Assembly (NCBI RefSeq): GCF_001194135.2
Contig: NC_068981.1
Location: 174,517,501 to 174,556,224 of the forward strand
From: Octopus bimaculoides
Lineage: Eukaryota
Direction of reading: 5' to 3'
DNA: 38,724 nucleotides
A program made the position numbers and the translations under genes. Positions 34,381 to 38,724 of this stretch are shown piece after piece. How positions within the stretch are numbered: position 1 is the first letter of the stretch; every line of letters starts with the position of its first letter. The notes beneath the pieces are model-generated. The model was given only the letters and a program-made list of their open reading frames with translations, was not told the DNA's origin and made no database searches.

Positions 34381-35499
34381 ATGTATATACATCTATGTGT
34401 TTGTGCATTTATATGCATAATGCTACATCAACATATGCGCATGAGTTTACAGAAACCCTCACAAACACAGAAACACACACTCACAGACATACATATACAC
34501 GTAAAGAGTGTGTGAATATGTGAGATCGGGAGTTCTTGCATTAATATTTGTGTGTGATATGTTTCCCTAGATACGTATGTAATTTACTAGAAATTTGGTG
34601 GAAACCATTTTTTCTCCTTTCAGAATAACTCTTGTAAAGATTTTTTTCTTTTTCATAAAATAATTAGATATCGGAATATGTACGTAGGAGTGGGCTGAGA
34701 CTACGTAAACACTAATGAAAGAAAATTTTGAATAGTGGGAGGAAGCAGAAATGGAATTTGTTTGCAAGGGTTAAAATGTTGGAAATTATCCCAGCTATGT
34801 GAAATTAGAAAATATATTTTATGTTTGTTTTTGCTTCTTTTTGTATTTTCTTTTCTTTCTTTTTTTTTTCGTTTTTATTGTCAAAGGTAAAGCCTATCTG
34901 AAAGGAGGTTTCCAATACAGATGGAATATTTGAATAAATGAACAGCCTGATAAACAAATAAATTATCGGTAGCATTTTACTGTCTGCTGGAAATTTCGTG
35001 CTTGGAATCATAAACGATATCTTCTTCCGAGTAGTAATTGCCAACAACACTTTATTTCACATACAACTCTGTCGTCTGTTTTGACCGATTCAGCTTTCTT
35101 CTCTTGCTCATTAATGTTACAGAAAAAAAAAGTATTCATTCAGTGTGGTGGCAGAAACACAGAGCTATCTTTATAAGTCAATAAGAGCTAATAACAACTG
35201 TATAGTTAGTATGCAATGAAAGATATACTTATAATTTTTTGCCATTATGGTTTATATCAAATGGAGCCTACTTGTAATAAAAGTTAATAGCGCAAGAGAG
35301 ACTACAAGCGAACATACGTATTTCAGCAAACAGTACAATAAAGTGTATGAGCTACAAGACGGCTCGAGAATTATTTCAAAATGCGGTTTTTATTATATTG
35401 TTAATAAAAACGTGTCGCGTTATTAGAATTGGCTTCTATAATGTTTCATCGAGACACATAAATGAAATACCTTTTCACTCGCTCGCTCGGTCACTAACT

Positions 35500-35615
35500 A
35501 ACTAACTCACTCACTCACTCACTCACTCACTCACTCACGCATTCTCTCGCTCTTTCGCTCATTCGCTCTTTCGCTCTTTCGCTCTTTCGCTCTTTCGCTC
35601 TCCCTCTCTCTCTCT
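35500..35615. repeat. (CTCA)n followed by (TTTCGCTC)n and (CT)n
   Basis: Directly visible. Confidence 0.9.
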
Positions 35616-37064
35616 CTATATATATATGCATAATGCATAAACAGACTAATATAATGTACTTGTAGACTAAACGATTTATAAAATGATAATAGTATTGTAT
35701 TTCCATATATGACATTGGAAAACTAAATACATAAATAGAATTTCCTTTAATAGAAGCCTGCACCTCAATTAAATTAGTTTATGGAACCAAAACTACAGCA
35801 CAGACCAATTTATCATCAATTCATTAGTATTATATTTCGTAATATATGTATATTATGTAGTAAAGATTCATAAAAGCTAAGAAATTCACGTATTACAACT
35901 TGAAACTACTGTAGTTGTTCAAAATCTAATTAGAGAGAAACTGAGCACAACAGAAAATATTTTTATGAATATATTAATGATGTATATAATTACACGCATT
36001 CTATATTTGAATATGTATGTATGTATGCATGTATGTATGTGTATATATTTGTGTGTGTGCAAATATATAAATGTTATATATGCATGGTTGTGTGTATATA
36101 TGTGTATAGAGTGCAAATTTAAGTTGTATGATATATAACCAGTATTTACATCGCTATATCTGTTTTTCAACATCGAAAGAGAGCAGACATAACTTTCACT
36201 GAAACATATGTAAGATGACGTAATTAAATAATTTATGAAGCAAGTCACCAACTTTACACACACACACACACATACATACATACACACACACAAACACACA
36301 GACACACACGGTTGTGGGTCTTTACCATCTTGTCTGATATTTAATCTCGGCTTGAATTTTAAAAATCTCGAAGTATTATAACTGAGCCTTCTTCTCACTG
36401 TTGGTCGACACCCCCCCACAATATTTTATCACTTTAAAAGGGTCCGTTTACCCCCATACACACACACATAACACATTTCAACGTAAATACGAAATCCTAC
36501 GCCAATTACCAATTCCTCAACAACTTTATTCATACTGACGGACACAGATATACACTCACATAGACTCACCAACTTCACACAAATTCCCGTGCACCCGTTC
36601 TCACCACCCACGTAACAATTACACGTACACCGATTTATGCCTATTGAAGCCCAGTAACCAACACAACCGAATTTACGTACATACATACAATCCTTCCTTA
36701 TTTCTGATTCCAGACGCACAAACACTCTTACATATGCATTTGCATCCCAACACACCTCAGTCTTTAACTATTTCAGAGGAAAGCACTCCCCTTTAGTTTT
36801 TTTACTCTTTAAATCCTTGCCGCGCCATTCGGCATAATTTACTAATTATTTGTTAAATATTTTAAAAGTTGTCTAATATTTTAATGAAAAAAATATCACG
36901 CATTTTTCATTTTTTTTTTTTCATTAATTTTCTCATTGCAGTGGTTTTCTTGCTCAGTATCGTTCCTTATATTTGTCTTTACTATCTATCTATCTATCTA
37001 TCTATCTATACACGCATATATACATATATGTATGTGTGTGAGTATATGCATGCATATGTATGTT

Positions 37065-37325
<261 letters not shown>

Positions 37326-37341
37326 ATATATATATATATAT

Positions 37342-37561
37342 NNNNNNNNNNNNNNNNNNNNNNNNNNNNNNNNNNNNNNNNNNNNNNNNNNNNNNNNNNN
37401 NNNNNNNNNNNNNNNNNNNNNNNNNNNNNNNNNNNNNNNNNNNNNNNNNNNNNNNNNNNNNNNNNNNNNNNNNNNNNNNNNNNNNNNNNNNNNNNNNNNN
37501 NNNNNNNNNNNNNNNNNNNNNNNNNNNNNNNNNNNNNNNNNNNNNNNNNNNNNNNNNNNNN
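37342..37561. other. Assembly gap (N run)
   Basis: Run of n. Confidence 1.
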
Positions 37562-38450
37562 ATTTAGTAATTTCGTTACTTTGTGCACTGTATATTTCTC
37601 CTAGGTGTTCTTTAAAAATAATATCAGCTGTGTATATAAGAGTATTAATATTCCAGTCATTAACATCATATGATTCCATGCGCCCTTCAGCAACATCGTT
37701 GATTACCTTAAACATTAGATCGGTGATTTATTTTTCACTCGTGTTGGGAATAGCCTGTTGCTCAATGAAAGCTTTGAGAAAGTAGAAAATTTTGTGCGAA
37801 TTGTAATTTTTAAATGTTTTTGAGTTGGATGTATTCTGCAGTTTTCGCTACTAAGGCAGCTAAATTTGGAGACACACTCGAATTTAGCGATGGTGGTTTG
37901 TTTACATTATTTTTTTATGCCGCTTCTGGCAGATTTTGACCCATTTTCAGTGTTTTGGAAGGATCGAGGACCAGTTGATTTGTGTTTTTACAAAAGATGT
38001 TTGTTGTCGGAGCTCTTTCGCCGTGAAGGTATTTAAGTTCAGATGAGCTTCACCCAAGTATTGTTTTAATCGCTTCATGTATCCAATTGAAGGGTAATTT
38101 CGGGCTTTTTCATAGCACCGAAGTAAATCTTGGTTTAGTTGTTGAGTCCAACTTACTGGTGAAGTAGTTCTGATTTCATCGGTGGTGACGTTGTTAGTTT
38201 CACCTGTGGTGGTGTTAGTTTCAGCCATAATCGTGTTAGCGAGATTCCACGTGGTGTAGATGTATATTTTAAAATCTGTTCAGGATAGCGCTAGGATGGC
38301 AAGTAAAAGGTGTTTCTCTTATTAATTGCTGGAGAAATAAACCGGTTACGAATTTAGGCAGGAGAAGTTGACATATTTCTAGAGGAAGGCGTTCAAAACG
38401 AACTTTTTAAACATTCCTCTACACCTGCACGTCCGATGCTAACGGCGCGA
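37562..38450 (-). mobile_element. R4/Dong-like LINE 5' end: about 220-nt 5' UTR plus decayed ORF N-terminus
   Basis: ORF 38228-37947 has WT..LN.DLL.CY..A......GYMKRLK......FT.K.LRQQ, typical of R4-clade N-termini. Later frames give NRLFPTRV and WNINTLIYTA. Frameshifts and stops are present. Confidence 0.7.
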
Positions 38451-38663
38451 TGTATGTATGTATGTATGTATGTATGTATGTATGTATGTATGTATGTATG
38501 TATGCATGTGTGTATGTATGTATGTACGTATGGTATGCACATATGTATGCATGTATGTATGAATATATGAATATCTGTACGTACAAATATGCAACACATA
38601 AATATGTTAAGTACACAAATAGTAAGATATATGTTAATTTATGGAACAATTTCTTGAAATAAA

Positions 38664-38724
<61 letters not shown>
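38450..38724. repeat. (ATGT)n and terminal (CT)n microsatellites
   Basis: Directly visible. Confidence 0.9.

Noticed and set aside
38235-38262. HDV-like L3 (ccacgtgg) and CTAA in the R4 5' UTR
   Set aside because: Too few nucleotides for P1, P1.1 and P4, and P3 has a mismatch.

Overview
AT-rich, microsatellite-dense eukaryotic DNA with six assembly gaps. The SINE families and repeat landscape point to an octopus genome, probably Octopus bimaculoides (inference). No intact protein-coding gene can be supported, and almost all ORF-track entries are translations of simple repeats or N runs. The window contains: about 25 copies of four to five SINE-like families; two R4/Dong-clade LINE pieces (a stop-free RT fragment at 2-307 and a decayed 5' end at 37562-38450, both minus strand); decayed RTE-like pieces; and several local duplications. 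The main finding is three type I hammerhead ribozyme motifs within 7 kb (2839-2939 +, 8718-8760 -, 9546-9585 -). The 8.7 kb motif lies in a hairpin-rich tandem repeat whose two cleavage sites are 169 nt apart, the architecture of a non-LTR retrozyme or Penelope-type repeat. Secondary leads are a GUCG/CGAC-UAA structured motif at two RTE-like 5' ends, a self-complementary R4 5' UTR, CTCF-like motifs and weak minus-strand exon candidates. All folds were done by eye and none is computed.
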